From assembly GCA_943350635.1 (NCBI GenBank), contig CALRAI010000001.1:4051-68050 (forward strand): a stretch of DNA of 64,000 nt, written 5' to 3'. Below, piece by piece: positions 1-10,251 of this stretch. The DNA is from Candidatus Uhrbacteria bacterium (GTDB taxonomy: Bacteria; Patescibacteriota; Patescibacteriia; UBA9934). Made by a program: the position numbers and the translations under genes. How positions within the stretch are numbered: the stretch's first letter is position 1; each line of letters starts with the position of its first letter. A model generated the notes under the pieces. That model did no database searches. It was not told the DNA's origin and saw only the letters and a program-made list of their open reading frames with translations.

Positions 1-2
1 CA

Positions 3-434
3 ATTCTCGGAGACATATTAAGTTTTGCGCTTGGACGAAAGGGAATAGATCCCGCAAAACGATTTCCTCGCCTTTTTGCACAGGATACAGTGGACCGTGC
101 CGAAAAGTTTATGAAAGAGTACGGAGTGGCTGGAGTATTTTTTGGAAGATTTATTGGACCATTACGTCCATTCGTGCCGTTTATTGCTGGAGTATTTCGT
201 ATGCGTTTGCGATCGTTTATGGCGATGAACGTGTCGAGCGCGGTGGTGTGGGCAACCGCATATTTGGCGATTGGATTTTTCTTTGGACAATTTTGGACAT
301 CGATCCATCGCGGTTTGCGTTGGGTAGGCTTGGGGATTGTGATGATTGTTGTTGCATACATCGGACTGCGTATTGCGCGACGGGATCGTGAAAAGGGCAT
401 CGGCACACCAAGTGCCACAGAAAAATCAGAGTAG
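3..434 (+). CDS. DedA/SNARE-associated family membrane protein (N-terminus lies outside window)
   Basis: The frame is open from base 3. Motifs ILGDILSFALGRKGID and GVFFGRFIGPLRPFVPFIAG are typical of DedA. Hydrophobic C-terminus. Confidence 0.55.
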   Translation: MLGDILSFALGRKGIDPAKRFPRLFAQDTVDRAEKFMKEYGVAGVFFGRFIGPLRPFVPFIAGVFRMRLRSFMAMNVSSAVVWATAYLAIGFFFGQFWTSIHRGLRWVGLGIVMIVVAYIGLRIARRDREKGIGTPSATEKSE

Positions 435-475
435 CATGAAGGGCGATCCGTGAGGACCGCCCTTCCGTTATTCCG

Positions 476-1723
476 TCAGTTTTCGCCGAGGTCGTCGGTT
501 GTGGTATTACGCAGCCATTCGACGTCGTCCTGCACATCGTGATCTATGGCGCGAATCCGTTCGTGTTCCCGTTGCGTAAGATCGCGACGAACCACGGGTA
601 CCACGAGCGCGAGCAGGTCGTACATGCGCACCACGGCACGAGCTACGGATCCTGATGCAAACGGGGAATCTTCATTCCCGATAAGCCCGGATCGGCGTGC
701 GTCGATGGCGTGAGCAAGAAATCCGGTAATCCGGTCCAGTGCGCGAGCGATTGCTCGGTCGAACACCATACGAATCTTCCGTTGTTCAAGCATGTGCACC
801 ATTTCTGCGAACAGTCCGAGTTGTTGGTTACGCCAGTGCTGTAAATCCTCCCGAAGGAGAATTTCGAGCTGCCGTGCCGACATGTTCGCTTCGCCAATCG
901 CGCGATTCAGCCAGTACCGCAGCTCATCAGCGGATGCACGTTCCTTGTGATACCGCTCCAACGCCAAGGCGCTAGAATACGGAATTTTCCCTTCGCTCAC
1001 TGCGCCTTGAATGAACTCCGGAAGCCTTGTGTAGCGTAATGCCGCACGAACACGTTCCGGATTGTGTCCGATACGTTGCGCGAACGTGGCTACGGGAAGC
1101 TGAGGTTCTCGGACGCGCATGAGTTCGTAGAATACGCGGAAGCCCACCGCTTCTTCGTCCGGTTTGGGACGATGATGCGTGTTCTCCGCGAATTGGTCCG
1201 TGAGCGCATCGTAGGGCGTGAACCCTACCTTCAGATTGACGGGAACGACTGCGTGCGCGAAATGCCGCACGAAACAGATACCCGCGGGTTCCTGTTCGAT
1301 GGTCTCGCAACATGTACTACAGCCGTGTTCCCACAGCCTTTTGAGCGCACGAAATCGTCGTTCGCCGGCAATGAGCACGAAGAACATGGGCTCTCCCCGC
1401 AGTGCGCCTTCGGGGAGGTCGTTCACCGTGTGCTCGGTTCCCCACATTGCGTTCACCGCTCGCACGTAGCGCTCGGTAACCGCACGAGGGAACGCATACA
1501 CCGTTTGGGGATTCAACATGCCGCGCGCCGCGATGTCGTCGGCCAAATGCGGAATGTCCTGAAACGTTTTCCGCACCTGCGCAAGCGGGGCATACGTGCC
1601 CCACGAAATTGCCTGCACCGTGGTGTACGGACGAACCGCCTGATCAGAGAAGATGTCCTTCAGCTCACTCGGATCCAACGCATGGATCCGGCGAGCGTGT
1701 GCTATTGCCAGTTCCTGCGCCAT
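476..1723 (-). CDS. ParB/sulfiredoxin-like nuclease domain protein (415 aa)
   Basis: N-terminal ParB-N motifs (…LNPQTVYAF…FFVLIAGERRFRAL). Long C-terminal region has no recognised domain. GC is higher than neighbours. Confidence 0.55.
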   Translation of the reverse strand: MAQELAIAHARRIHALDPSELKDIFSDQAVRPYTTVQAISWGTYAPLAQVRKTFQDIPHLADDIAARGMLNPQTVYAFPRAVTERYVRAVNAMWGTEHTVNDLPEGALRGEPMFFVLIAGERRFRALKRLWEHGCSTCCETIEQEPAGICFVRHFAHAVVPVNLKVGFTPYDALTDQFAENTHHRPKPDEEAVGFRVFYELMRVREPQLPVATFAQRIGHNPERVRAALRYTRLPEFIQGAVSEGKIPYSSALALERYHKERASADELRYWLNRAIGEANMSARQLEILLREDLQHWRNQQLGLFAEMVHMLEQRKIRMVFDRAIARALDRITGFLAHAIDARRSGLIGNEDSPFASGSVARAVVRMYDLLALVVPVVRRDLTQREHERIRAIDHDVQDDVEWLRNTTTDDLGEN

Positions 1724-1850
1724 GATTCCTCCGTGGCTTTGCTGATTGTGGCACGAGGGTTCGCTGGGGGGAATTCACAGGTGTGGATGGCGGAGATGCG
1801 CGCTTCGAAAATGACATCGAGGCGCTTTTTGTGTAGGATATGCCAATCCT

Positions 1851-2861
1851 ATGGAAAATAATGTTCTCGAGCAAAACCTCCGCGATATCATCACTAAAGC
1901 ATTTCGTCTCGATCTCTCGCATCCATCGATGCTGGTTTTCGACGATCATTCTCCGCTTTCTTGTCGTCTTGCCGAGGCGTATAAAAACGTACTCACGAAC
2001 GCAATCGTCATCAATTTCGACGAAACCACACCGGAAGCCGTTCGTGCGGCAATCGACACGTTGGCTCCGGGAAATCTTGTGGTACTGGTGCAATCCGGGA
2101 GTTTTCGTTTGAACGAGTTCCGATTTCGCTTGGAACTCTTCAACCGCAATCTTGCCGTTATCGAACACCCACATCTTGGCCGCATGCCGGAGGAAGAACA
2201 CGAAATTTATCTCGATTCGCTGGCATACGACGAGGCGTATTATCACAGCGTTGGTCATTGGCTTAAGAAAAAGATTGATAGCGCCAAACAGATTATCGTG
2301 CGATGTGATGGGACGGAGTTGGTGTACGACGGCCCGTTCGAAGACGCGAAGCTGAACATTGGAGACTACACTGGCATGAAAAATATCGGAGGGATGTTTC
2401 CTATTGGGGAAGTATTTACGGAGGCGGGTGATTTTTCCCATGCCAACGGTACGGTGAAATTATTTGCGTACGCCGACGCAGATTTTCATGTGATCGTTCC
2501 GCCAGAGCCGGTAACCGTTCGTATAGAAAACGGCATTATTGTGGAGGCTATCAATCCGCCAGAATCTTTTACTGCGGTGCTGGATCAGATTCGTGCGGAC
2601 GAATTACTTTGGGTTCGCGAACTCGGGTTTGGCATGAATCGTGCCATGACGAAACATCGTCGGCTCACCGATATTGGAAGCTACGAGCGCATGTGTGGCA
2701 TTCATCTTTCCCTCGGGCAAAAGCATTCGGTCTATACCAAGGAAGGTTTCCCAAAACGCTCAAGTAAATACCACGTAGACGTCTTCGCGGACATCACCAC
2801 GGTGGAAATTGATGGGGAAGTCGTGTTTGAAAATGGGGGGTATACGAAAAATATTGCCTAA
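1851..2861 (+). CDS. hypothetical protein, possibly M29 (aminopeptidase T)-like
   Basis: Long clean ORF. The segment GGMFPIGEVFTEAG…GIHLSLG loosely resembles the aminopeptidase T family. Weak evidence. Confidence 0.35.
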   Translation: MENNVLEQNLRDIITKAFRLDLSHPSMLVFDDHSPLSCRLAEAYKNVLTNAIVINFDETTPEAVRAAIDTLAPGNLVVLVQSGSFRLNEFRFRLELFNRNLAVIEHPHLGRMPEEEHEIYLDSLAYDEAYYHSVGHWLKKKIDSAKQIIVRCDGTELVYDGPFEDAKLNIGDYTGMKNIGGMFPIGEVFTEAGDFSHANGTVKLFAYADADFHVIVPPEPVTVRIENGIIVEAINPPESFTAVLDQIRADELLWVRELGFGMNRAMTKHRRLTDIGSYERMCGIHLSLGQKHSVYTKEGFPKRSSKYHVDVFADITTVEIDGEVVFENGGYTKNIA

Positions 2862-2887
2862 TTTTAACTCTCACCCGCTGATGATTC

Positions 2888-3197
2888 GGTTCCTCCCTCC
2901 GCTTCGTGGCGACTCGGGTAAAAGTTTTTCTGCTGCGTCACAAGTCGTTACGCCACAACGGCTTGCTTCGCTCGCCTGTGGCTGGACTCCTGGAAGCCTC
3001 GCTGAAAAACTTTCACCACTCGTCCCCACTACGCTTCGGTCGATCGGTGAGCCTCATCCGATTCACTTGCGCTAGTGGCGAGGGTACATTTTTCCAACGA
3101 GCACGGGCCCTCCCAGCTGCAGGTGAGCAAAGCGAACCGTCGCAGCGTGAGGGATTCGCGCGGAGTGCAGAATAATGTACCCGAGCCACCAGCGAGT
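2888..3197. repeat. MITE-like palindromic intergenic repeat, copy A (full length)
   Basis: Terminal inverted repeats (…GTGGCGACTCGGGTAAA… / …TACCCGAGCCACCAGCG…). The internal halves are reverse complements of each other. About 85-90% identical to copies at 4262-4393 and 28645-28864. Confidence 0.6.
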
Positions 3198-3203
3198 GAT
3201 GTA

Positions 3204-3803
3204 CTACGCCTTCGATCTCCCCGTCATTGCGCTTGCGAGTGTTACCTCGTCCGCATACTCAATGTCGGCGCCCATCGGGAGTCCACGAGCTAGACGCGTC
3301 ATCGATTTCCCGAACGTCGAGAGCTGACGCTGTAGATACATAATCGTCGTTTCGCCGTGAACGTCGGGGGAGAACGCAAGAATGAATTCAGAAAGCGTTG
3401 GGGTATTTTTTACATGATCAAGTAGCGCCTTCACGTTGAGCGTTTCTGGCGTGCGGCCGTCGATAGGATTCAGCGTGCCGCCAAGCACAAAATAGCGGCC
3501 TTTATATACGCCTGTGGCTTCGATCGTAGAAATATCTCGCGCTTCGGCAACAACGCAAAGTTTTGTGGCGTCGCGATTGGGATCGCTACAAATTTCGCAC
3601 AGTTCCGTTTCTGCAAACGTAAAACACGTTTGGCAATGCGTAATATTGCCAAGCTCGACAATTGCTCTTCCAATACTCGCCAGTTCAAGTTTGCTGAAAT
3701 GTAAAAGAGAAAACGCGTAACGGAGTGCGGTTTTCGGCCCCACTCCCGGAAGGCGACCAAGTGCGGCCGCGGCATTATGAATGGGAGTGGGGAATCGTCG
3801 CAT
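3204..3803 (-). CDS. recR: recombination protein RecR
   Basis: HhH motif (LPGVGPKTALRYAF), C4 zinc finger (HCQTCFTFAETELCEIC) and Toprim region. Classic ybaB-recR pair. Confidence 0.9.
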   Translation of the reverse strand: MRRFPTPIHNAAAALGRLPGVGPKTALRYAFSLLHFSKLELASIGRAIVELGNITHCQTCFTFAETELCEICSDPNRDATKLCVVAEARDISTIEATGVYKGRYFVLGGTLNPIDGRTPETLNVKALLDHVKNTPTLSEFILAFSPDVHGETTIMYLQRQLSTFGKSMTRLARGLPMGADIEYADEVTLASAMTGRSKA

Positions 3804-3806
3804 GTG

Positions 3807-4100
3807 TTACAGTCCGAGATTTTTAAACGCATCAAGCCCACCCATCTCTTTCATTTTTTTCATGAGCTCTACTTGCAGCTTGCTGTTCACGTCATTGAGC
3901 GCTTCTTTTACGCCAGCTTCAATTTTCGATCGATCCAAGTCTTCATCGATTTTTACGCCAAGTGTTTCGTGACTGCCGTTTACGGTAATCATCACCTTTC
4001 CACCCGCACCAACACCAACAATAATTACCTCATCAAGCATTGCCTTCATTGCCTTACTCTGATCGCGCATGTCCTTGATCTGCTTTATTTTGTTGAACAT
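3807..4100 (-). CDS. ybaB: nucleoid-associated protein YbaB/EbfC
   Basis: MFNKIKQIKDMRDQ…GVGAGGKVMITVNGSHE… matches the YbaB family. Likely start at the Met at 4100 (the ORF is open further upstream). Confidence 0.8.
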   Translation of the reverse strand: MFNKIKQIKDMRDQSKAMKAMLDEVIIVGVGAGGKVMITVNGSHETLGVKIDEDLDRSKIEAGVKEALNDVNSKLQVELMKKMKEMGGLDAFKNLGL

Positions 4101-4120
4101 AGAGGGGTGAACGTCCGCAT

Positions 4121-4215
4121 TTGGTCGATTTTGGGCTTGCACCATCGAAAACTTTCTCAACGTACCAGGAGTACGTCTCAAAAGCTTTTCTCGATGCGCG
4201 CCCAAACTCGCCGCA
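4121..4215 (-). promoter_or_regulatory. conserved upstream element with ACGTAC…GTACGT hairpin (copy 1, upstream of ybaB)
   Basis: Shares TTTCGGTGCGC…TGAGACGTAC-N6-GTACGTTGA…GCAAGCC(G/C)AAAAT with the copies at 20086-20197 and 49300-49396. All three lie 60-100 nt upstream of minus-strand, highly expressed genes. Confidence 0.45.
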
Positions 4216-4261
4216 AATGTGAACGTTCAGTATTAGTAATGATTATTAATCATGGACGAGC

Positions 4262-4393
4262 GTTAGTGGCGAGGATGCATTGTTCCAACGAGCACGCGCC
4301 CCACAACTGCAGTCGAGCGTAGCGAGACGTTGCAGCGTAGGGGATTCGCGCGGAGTGCAGAACGATGTATCCAAGCCACCAGCGAGTACAGAT
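4262..4393. repeat. MITE-like repeat, copy B (partial, 3' half)
   Basis: About 130 nt, roughly 88% identical to 3064-3197 of copy A. Ends in the same …CCAAGCCACCAGCGAGT terminus. Confidence 0.55.
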
Positions 4394-4402
4394 AAAATAG
4401 TA

Positions 4403-5913
4403 TCAATATTGCTTCTTCGGCGGAAGGCCGACGCCTTTTGGAGGAATACCTGGTGGCAAGCCAACGTTATTCGGTTTTGGTTCCGTTGATCCATCGCTGG
4501 ACGACGATGCGCTGCTCGACGACATCATCGGCGCGCGTTGTCCTTCTAGGTTTTTAAACGACGCATGCGTTGCATCCCAGTACAGCGGCACCATGCCGGT
4601 TGGTCCGTTACGATGTTTAGCGATATGTACTTCCGCGCGGGTTTTTTCCTCCGGCGTGAGTTCTTCTGGTTGATAGTTTCTATCCGCAGCTTTGCGATAC
4701 AAGAACATGACGACGTCCGCATCCTGCTCAATACTTCCCGAGTCGCGAAGGTGAGCGAGCTTTGGAATAGCAGGCTTTGTCATTTCCACCGCACGAGAAA
4801 GCTGCGCCAACGCGAGCACAGGAACATTGAGCTCACGCGCAATCTGCTTTAACCCGCGAGAAATCTCCGCAACTTCCTGCACACGATTGTCCGTTTTCTT
4901 TCGCGCTTCCATAAGCTGCAAGTAGTCGATAACAATCATCGAAAGTCCGTGCTCGCTTTGGAGCCGACGAGCCTTGGTGCGAATACTCATGATGGTTGCA
5001 ATCGGCGAGTCGTCAATAAAGATCGGTGCTTCCGAAAGTTTGCCGAGCGCCTCGCCGATACGCGGAAAATCATCAGCGCTTTCGCTCAATCGACCAGTAC
5101 GCAGCTTCCACAAATCCACATTCGCTTCCGCGGAAATCATACGATCGACGAGCTGCTCCTTGCTCATTTCCAAACTGAAGAATCCCACCGGTTTTCCGGT
5201 TCGTAAGGCTACATTGCGAATAATGTCCATAGCAAACGACGTTTTTCCCACGGAAGGTCGCGCAGCCAAAATAATCAGATCGGAGTTCTGAAGCCCAGCA
5301 AGAAGATTATCGATTCCCACGAATCCCGTTGCAACACCACGAAGCTTTCCCTTTTCTTTGTGAAGCTCATCGATTCTGTCGAATGCTTCTGTGAGTAATG
5401 TATGCAACGGCGTGAACGATTGCTTAATGAAATTTTGTGACACGTTGAATAGCCGACGTTCTGCCTCGTCGAGTAACACGTCAACGTCTTGCGATTCGTC
5501 GAATCCAAGATCGGTAATGTCACTTGCGGCACGAAGTAACCGACGTAGCGCCGCTTTCTTTGCAATAATATCGGCGTGGTGAGCGACGTGTGCGGCGGTA
5601 GTCGTTACGTTCGTGAGTTCGACAAGCGCCGTTCGTCCACCAATTTGTTTGAGCACGCCTTTTTCCTCGAGTCTGTTTCCCAGCGTCAACACATCGATCG
5701 GCTCATGACGGTCGACGAGCTCGAGCATCACCTCGTACAAAATGCGATGGGAATCTTTATAGAAATCCTCCGATCGTAACGCGTCGCCAATCTTGAGTAG
5801 CACATCCTGATCCAACAAAAGCGAGCCCAGCAGCGAACGCTCGGCTTCAAGATTGTGAGGAGGAATGCGCCCAACGTCGGCCATAGATAGCGCTATGGTA
5901 ACCGACTCTGGCA
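4403..5913 (-). CDS. dnaB: replicative DNA helicase DnaB
   Basis: DnaB N-domain (NLEAERSLLGSLLLD), Walker A (ARPSVGKTSFAMD), Walker B (IVIDYLQLM) and an arginine finger region. Start chosen at MPESV (5913). Unusual ~50-aa Ser/Pro-rich C-terminal tail. Confidence 0.9.
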
Positions 5914-5998
5914 TGCGCAGAAAGTAAAAAACGGGGGTAACGTGTGAAGAAGATGTGTGCGAGTGGGGGATAAGCAAGAATGCTATAATGTTCGCACT

Positions 5999-7132
5999 AT
6001 GCAAAGCGATGGTTCTCGCGTGTGGTGTGCGGCAAGGCCGTTGATTGGCACCATGATCGGTGTGGGAATGTTGGGGTTACCGTTTGCGGTGGTTCGTGTG
6101 GGAGTATGGTTTGGTATGGTGGAACTCGTGCTTTCGGCGCTCGTTTGTTACTTGGTGCTGCGGTTATACGGCGATCTTATTGTGCTTCGTGGCGGAAAAG
6201 CGCGGTTTATCCAGGTGATCGATAAGGAACTTGGTCATTTTGGAACCGGCGTTGCATCCATTGCCTACATTGGCGCCACATTCGGCGCTTTGCTTGCATT
6301 TCTTCTTTTTGGCGGACAATTTTTGCGAACCGTAACGTTTGGAATTTTTCCAATGACGCCCACTGAATCGAGCATGGCGTTCTTTTTTCTGGCATCAATA
6401 CTCACCATTGGCGGATCGCTGTTCATTGCCCGAGTACAGCGCGTCCTTATCCCGATCTTTTTATTTTGTATCTGTTGTTTGGTGGTGGTGGCAGCTCCGA
6501 ACGCCACCGCAGCACACTTCGCTCTTCCGGCTTCGATGGATGGCCTTGGATTAACGTTTGGTGTGATGCTCTTTTCCTTTCATGGCATGTCTGCACTACC
6601 AGAGATGCGCGATATTCTTGGAAAGAAGGTTTCGTTGCTCTCCCGATCTATCGGGGTTGGTACGATGGTAGTTACTGCAGTGTATGCCGCATTCATTCTT
6701 GCAGTTATTGGTGTTACCGGCGCGCAAACCACGGAGAACGCTATTCGCGGCCTGAGCGTGCTCGGATCGTCCTTCGTTCTCTTTGCAAGCGGCATTGCGC
6801 TTCTGGTGACGTTCACGGTGTACACCAATGTCGCAAGCGCATTAACCAACACGTTTCTGTACGATTTGCGCATGCGGTTTGCTCACGCCTGGTTGCTTAC
6901 GGCGGGGATTCCACTCGTTGCATTTTTTGCTGGCGCACAAAAGATTTCCTCTGTTCTCTCAATTACCGGTGGTGTCCTTGGATCGCTCACGGGAATTATG
7001 ATGCTCATTGCGTACGAGCGTGCCCGAGTGAGCGCGGAACTTCCCAAAAACTCCCTCAATATTTCCCAGTGGGCAATTGCTCTCACATTCGTCATTTTCG
7101 TGAGCACGATGGTTTCGACGACACTGAGATGA
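5999..7132 (+). CDS. amino acid permease family transporter (about 11 TM)
   Basis: Polytopic membrane protein with an N-terminal LIGTMIGVGMLGLPFAV motif typical of amino-acid (aromatic/AAAP-like) permeases. Start taken at MQSDG. Confidence 0.6.
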   Translation: MQSDGSRVWCAARPLIGTMIGVGMLGLPFAVVRVGVWFGMVELVLSALVCYLVLRLYGDLIVLRGGKARFIQVIDKELGHFGTGVASIAYIGATFGALLAFLLFGGQFLRTVTFGIFPMTPTESSMAFFFLASILTIGGSLFIARVQRVLIPIFLFCICCLVVVAAPNATAAHFALPASMDGLGLTFGVMLFSFHGMSALPEMRDILGKKVSLLSRSIGVGTMVVTAVYAAFILAVIGVTGAQTTENAIRGLSVLGSSFVLFASGIALLVTFTVYTNVASALTNTFLYDLRMRFAHAWLLTAGIPLVAFFAGAQKISSVLSITGGVLGSLTGIMMLIAYERARVSAELPKNSLNISQWAIALTFVIFVSTMVSTTLR

Positions 7133-7312
7133 TGTACCTGGTATAACTGTCATCTCCGCGCAGAGCTTGTCCTCGACCTGATCGGGGACGGGGATCCAGA
7201 GCGCAACATCAGGGATGGATCCCCGCATACGCGGGGATGACGGAAGAGGACGTGATGGAAAAGAAGATTTCCAAAAACATCATATTTCGTTATTGTGTGT
7301 GCTGGAGGTTTT

Positions 7313-7682
7313 CATGGCTACTCGCCGTCAACAGATTCGCACCACTGCAGAAATGCTCATCGTCGATTTCTTGCGGCAGCACGTGCCGCTCAACCAACAA
7401 CGCTCCGAATGGCGTTTCACATTCGCAGACATCGACGTGGCGTTTCATCGCTATTACCACGCAAGGAAAGACGCTCACAACGCTGCATGCGCGGCATGCA
7501 AAAGCGAGCATCACTGCGTGCTCGTGGACGCGCTCCAGGCGCTGTGCCCAAATCCCGTGAGCGGAGTTTCCATGATCTTCCGTGCCCACATCCTCGCGAT
7601 TGGCGAGTTCGACACCTTCACCGACTCCGGTACGCTCTTCCCCCCGGCCTTCGGCCCCTTCCGTCCGCCAGACGACTCGTAG
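7313..7682 (+). CDS. hypothetical protein (GC-rich insert)
   Basis: Only protein-like frame in the GC-rich block. The opposite-strand ORF is Arg-rich antisense-looking. No domains recognised. Confidence 0.25.
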
Positions 7683-7880
7683 AGACTGCGCGCCAACCGT
7701 CACCTGCCACGTCTTCAACGGAAGCCGTCGCGCAAGTGACGGTTTTCTGTTTGTGTCTGATTTGAGGGAGTGATGGATTGAAAAAGCGAAACGCACCCGG
7801 AGGCGGCACGTTTGCCGCGCGGGTGCGCAAGTTATCACTCAATGAACTGGACGGTGGACTGGTCGACGCACGACTGTTGG

Positions 7881-8360
7881 CTACGGTCGCTTGCTGATGA
7901 CGATCTCATTGCCCGTGATCTCGACGATGCACGTCGCCGGCCGGCAGGTCGAGTTGTCGTCGATCTCGAACTGCGACTGCGAGTCGATGCTGTCCTGGAT
8001 ACGGCAGTCGAGCAGCTGAGCCTGCTCGATGAGTGCGACCATCTTGGGGTCGGCCTTCGGCAGGTTAAAGTCCATCACGTGATAGGTTTCCTGGTTGTCA
8101 AACATCGACCCACCACGGCCGTAGATAGTGTACTGGGTGGTGGAGTTTCTTTTCCGATCCCAGATCGTTTTGTCGCGACAGTCGTACGCCTCAAGGAAAC
8201 CCTGCTCGGCATTTCCACCGCCGACGATGTTGCACGGCTTGGCGGCGTAGCCACAGTCGAGCTCGGACACCAAGCCGATGTGGAAGAGCTCAAGGTCTTC
8301 GCCAGGGGCGATTTCGCCAGCGCAGGCGGAGAGAAGCAGGAACGGAAGGACGAAACGCAT
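7881..8360 (-). CDS. hypothetical lipoprotein
   Basis: Signal peptide with lipobox (MRFVLPFLLLSAC). Cys-containing secreted domain. GC-rich relative to backbone. Confidence 0.5.
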   Translation of the reverse strand: MRFVLPFLLLSACAGEIAPGEDLELFHIGLVSELDCGYAAKPCNIVGGGNAEQGFLEAYDCRDKTIWDRKRNSTTQYTIYGRGGSMFDNQETYHVMDFNLPKADPKMVALIEQAQLLDCRIQDSIDSQSQFEIDDNSTCRPATCIVEITGNEIVISKRP

Positions 8361-8608
8361 GGTGGACTCCAGTGCATTAGCACAGGGGGCGGAAATGCCC
8401 GTCTATTGGCACCACTGTATAGTGATGACTATGGACGGACATCGCTCTTTCAGTCTTCATCGTAACTAGTAATGATAGCGCAAAAATGGGCTTTTGTCAA
8501 CCAGAAATATGAAGAAAAGCCAATAAATACAGATATTTTACTGGAAATCGCCTGTGTACAAGTTTTGGGGAATTTTTGTAAAAGATTCGACGTTCCTGGC
8601 GGTGAGAT

Positions 8609-8932
8609 ATGTTAGAATTTAGCAAATACATTATGGAACTTCTCTTGTGGGATATTTACGAAATTCAATCTCAGTCCTCGCTTCACGGCGTGATGCTTCG
8701 AGGAAGACTGAGGAAATTTGCGAATCAACAAAGTATAAATCTCCTAACAGAAAATGAAGAAAACGGTGCGAGTGTACGCTTTGCAGTCCTTGCAGAATCT
8801 GATCCAGCTATCGTGACTACTTTTATCACGTCACTTGTTCCCGACGCTCACATCGAACGCGTTCGTGAGAAGGTATCGAATCCTGTTCTCTCTAAACTGC
8901 AAGTGAACGTCGATGACCGATATACGATTTAA
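8609..8932 (+). CDS. hypothetical protein
   Basis: Isolated AT-rich ORF just left of the island junction. No motifs recognised. Confidence 0.25.
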   Translation: MLEFSKYIMELLLWDIYEIQSQSSLHGVMLRGRLRKFANQQSINLLTENEENGASVRFAVLAESDPAIVTTFITSLVPDAHIERVREKVSNPVLSKLQVNVDDRYTI

Positions 8933-9012
8933 ATAGTAATATACAAAGCTTGGGCAACCAGTGGGCAACGAGAAAGAGAGAACAATAAAAATATCCAACA
9001 ACTGTTGGATAT

Positions 9013-9042
9013 TTTTGGTGCGCCGAGCGGGGATCGAACCCG
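9013..9042. repeat. distal att direct repeat (30 bp copy of tRNA-Lys 3' end)
   Basis: TTTTGGTGCGCCGAGCGGGGATCGAACCCG is identical to 19984-20013, which includes the 3' 27 nt of tRNA-Lys. Confidence 0.75.
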
Positions 9043-9400
9043 ATGATGGCAATTTACGAAAGATGAGCAATAACAGGCAAAAACGCAGGAAAAGCCATTG
9101 GCTGTTGCTGTTTCTCAATTCTCATAGTTACACATTGTTACTCGACAAAATACACAATCCATCACTTTATGGGCAACGGGTGGGCAACACCTCCGGGGAG
9201 TGATGGAATTTTGGCTCATCTGATTCGATGCTATCAATGACGATCAGATGCGATCTGGATTATGGAATCCGTTTGTTTATTTTAATTTCTCAATTCTCCT
9301 TATTTCAGTGGATGGAGCCTCTCCTCAAGAAAAGGGCAGCATGCATATCGGGTGATATACTTTGCAGAAGGATTGGCCCATTTAATTACTAAATACCCAT

Positions 9401-10105
9401 ATGGGCGATATAGAAGTGAAATACTCCTCCAGAGGGAAACAACCCCTAACCGCACAGAACCTTAAAACGAAGGGGTGGTGGAGATTCGCGCAAGTTATTT
9501 TTGTACTTGGATCAATTTTGCTGTTTGCCTTGACCCTCCTCTTTGCTGGTGCCGCGATTAGTGAAACCACTCCTCTCGTTCCCAGTGAAAGCTCGATTAC
9601 TTGCAACAATGGCCAGGTTTTTAACCTGAAGAGCTTTGATGAAAGTCTTAACATATACACGTACGGCTTCAGTCCTGTAGATAGTAATGGTCGATTCACA
9701 GACTATTCCGATGACGCAACAGCAAAAATGTTCTGCACAGCGTTGAACCGTGATCGCTTCGAACTCTCTCCTTTACCGGAAGGAAGCTCAATAACACCCG
9801 CGCGCAAGGCTGAACTTGATGCCATCATAATCAAGCAGCTTCAGAGTCAAACGCAAGAAGAGTGGGCTGCAAACATGACGAAAAATTCCGTCAGAAAGGC
9901 TAGTTATTCAGACCTCGAGGATATTCACTCTCGTGAGACTAGTAAGCAAGGTGAGAACATGGGCTATTCTATTGACGCAAAAAAGGATTATTCTGAGGTA
10001 TTCGTTATACTAGGCTTCTTCGTTTTAGCGTTGATCATCGAAGCAGGGCTTTTGTTTGTAGTAAGAGGAATTGTTCGGTACACACTTATTAGTAAGTTCT
10101 TTTAG
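9401..10105 (+). CDS. hypothetical membrane protein (N- and C-terminal TM)
   Basis: Two hydrophobic helices flank a Ser/Thr-rich extracellular region. Confidence 0.4.
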   Translation: MGDIEVKYSSRGKQPLTAQNLKTKGWWRFAQVIFVLGSILLFALTLLFAGAAISETTPLVPSESSITCNNGQVFNLKSFDESLNIYTYGFSPVDSNGRFTDYSDDATAKMFCTALNRDRFELSPLPEGSSITPARKAELDAIIIKQLQSQTQEEWAANMTKNSVRKASYSDLEDIHSRETSKQGENMGYSIDAKKDYSEVFVILGFFVLALIIEAGLLFVVRGIVRYTLISKFF

Positions 10106-10251
10106 CATTTTTCACGAATCGGGCCAGAAAGGAGCGTCATGAGAGCAAACTACAGCATTGCAAGAATGTATTACTCACGAATCTTTACCTTTTCCTTTTA
10201 CACGAACCATAAATTGGGCTGCGTGTGAGAAGGATTTCGTGTTTAGCGGAA

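Noticed and set aside
2870-3200. Possibility that the intergenic repeats are RNase P, SRP, tmRNA or 6S RNA.
   Set aside because: The conserved signature sequences of these RNAs were not recognisable. The three-copy distribution with terminal inverted repeats fits a MITE-like element better.
4403-6004. DnaB ORF starting at MHSANIIAF… (6004).
   Set aside because: The first 30 codons are non-conserved upstream read-through. The conserved DnaB N-terminus begins at MPESV/MADVG (5913/5884).
7290-7838. 182-aa minus-strand ORF and 7295..7765 plus-strand ORF in the GC-rich block.
   Set aside because: Arg-rich, low-complexity translations typical of antisense or alternative frames in GC-rich DNA.
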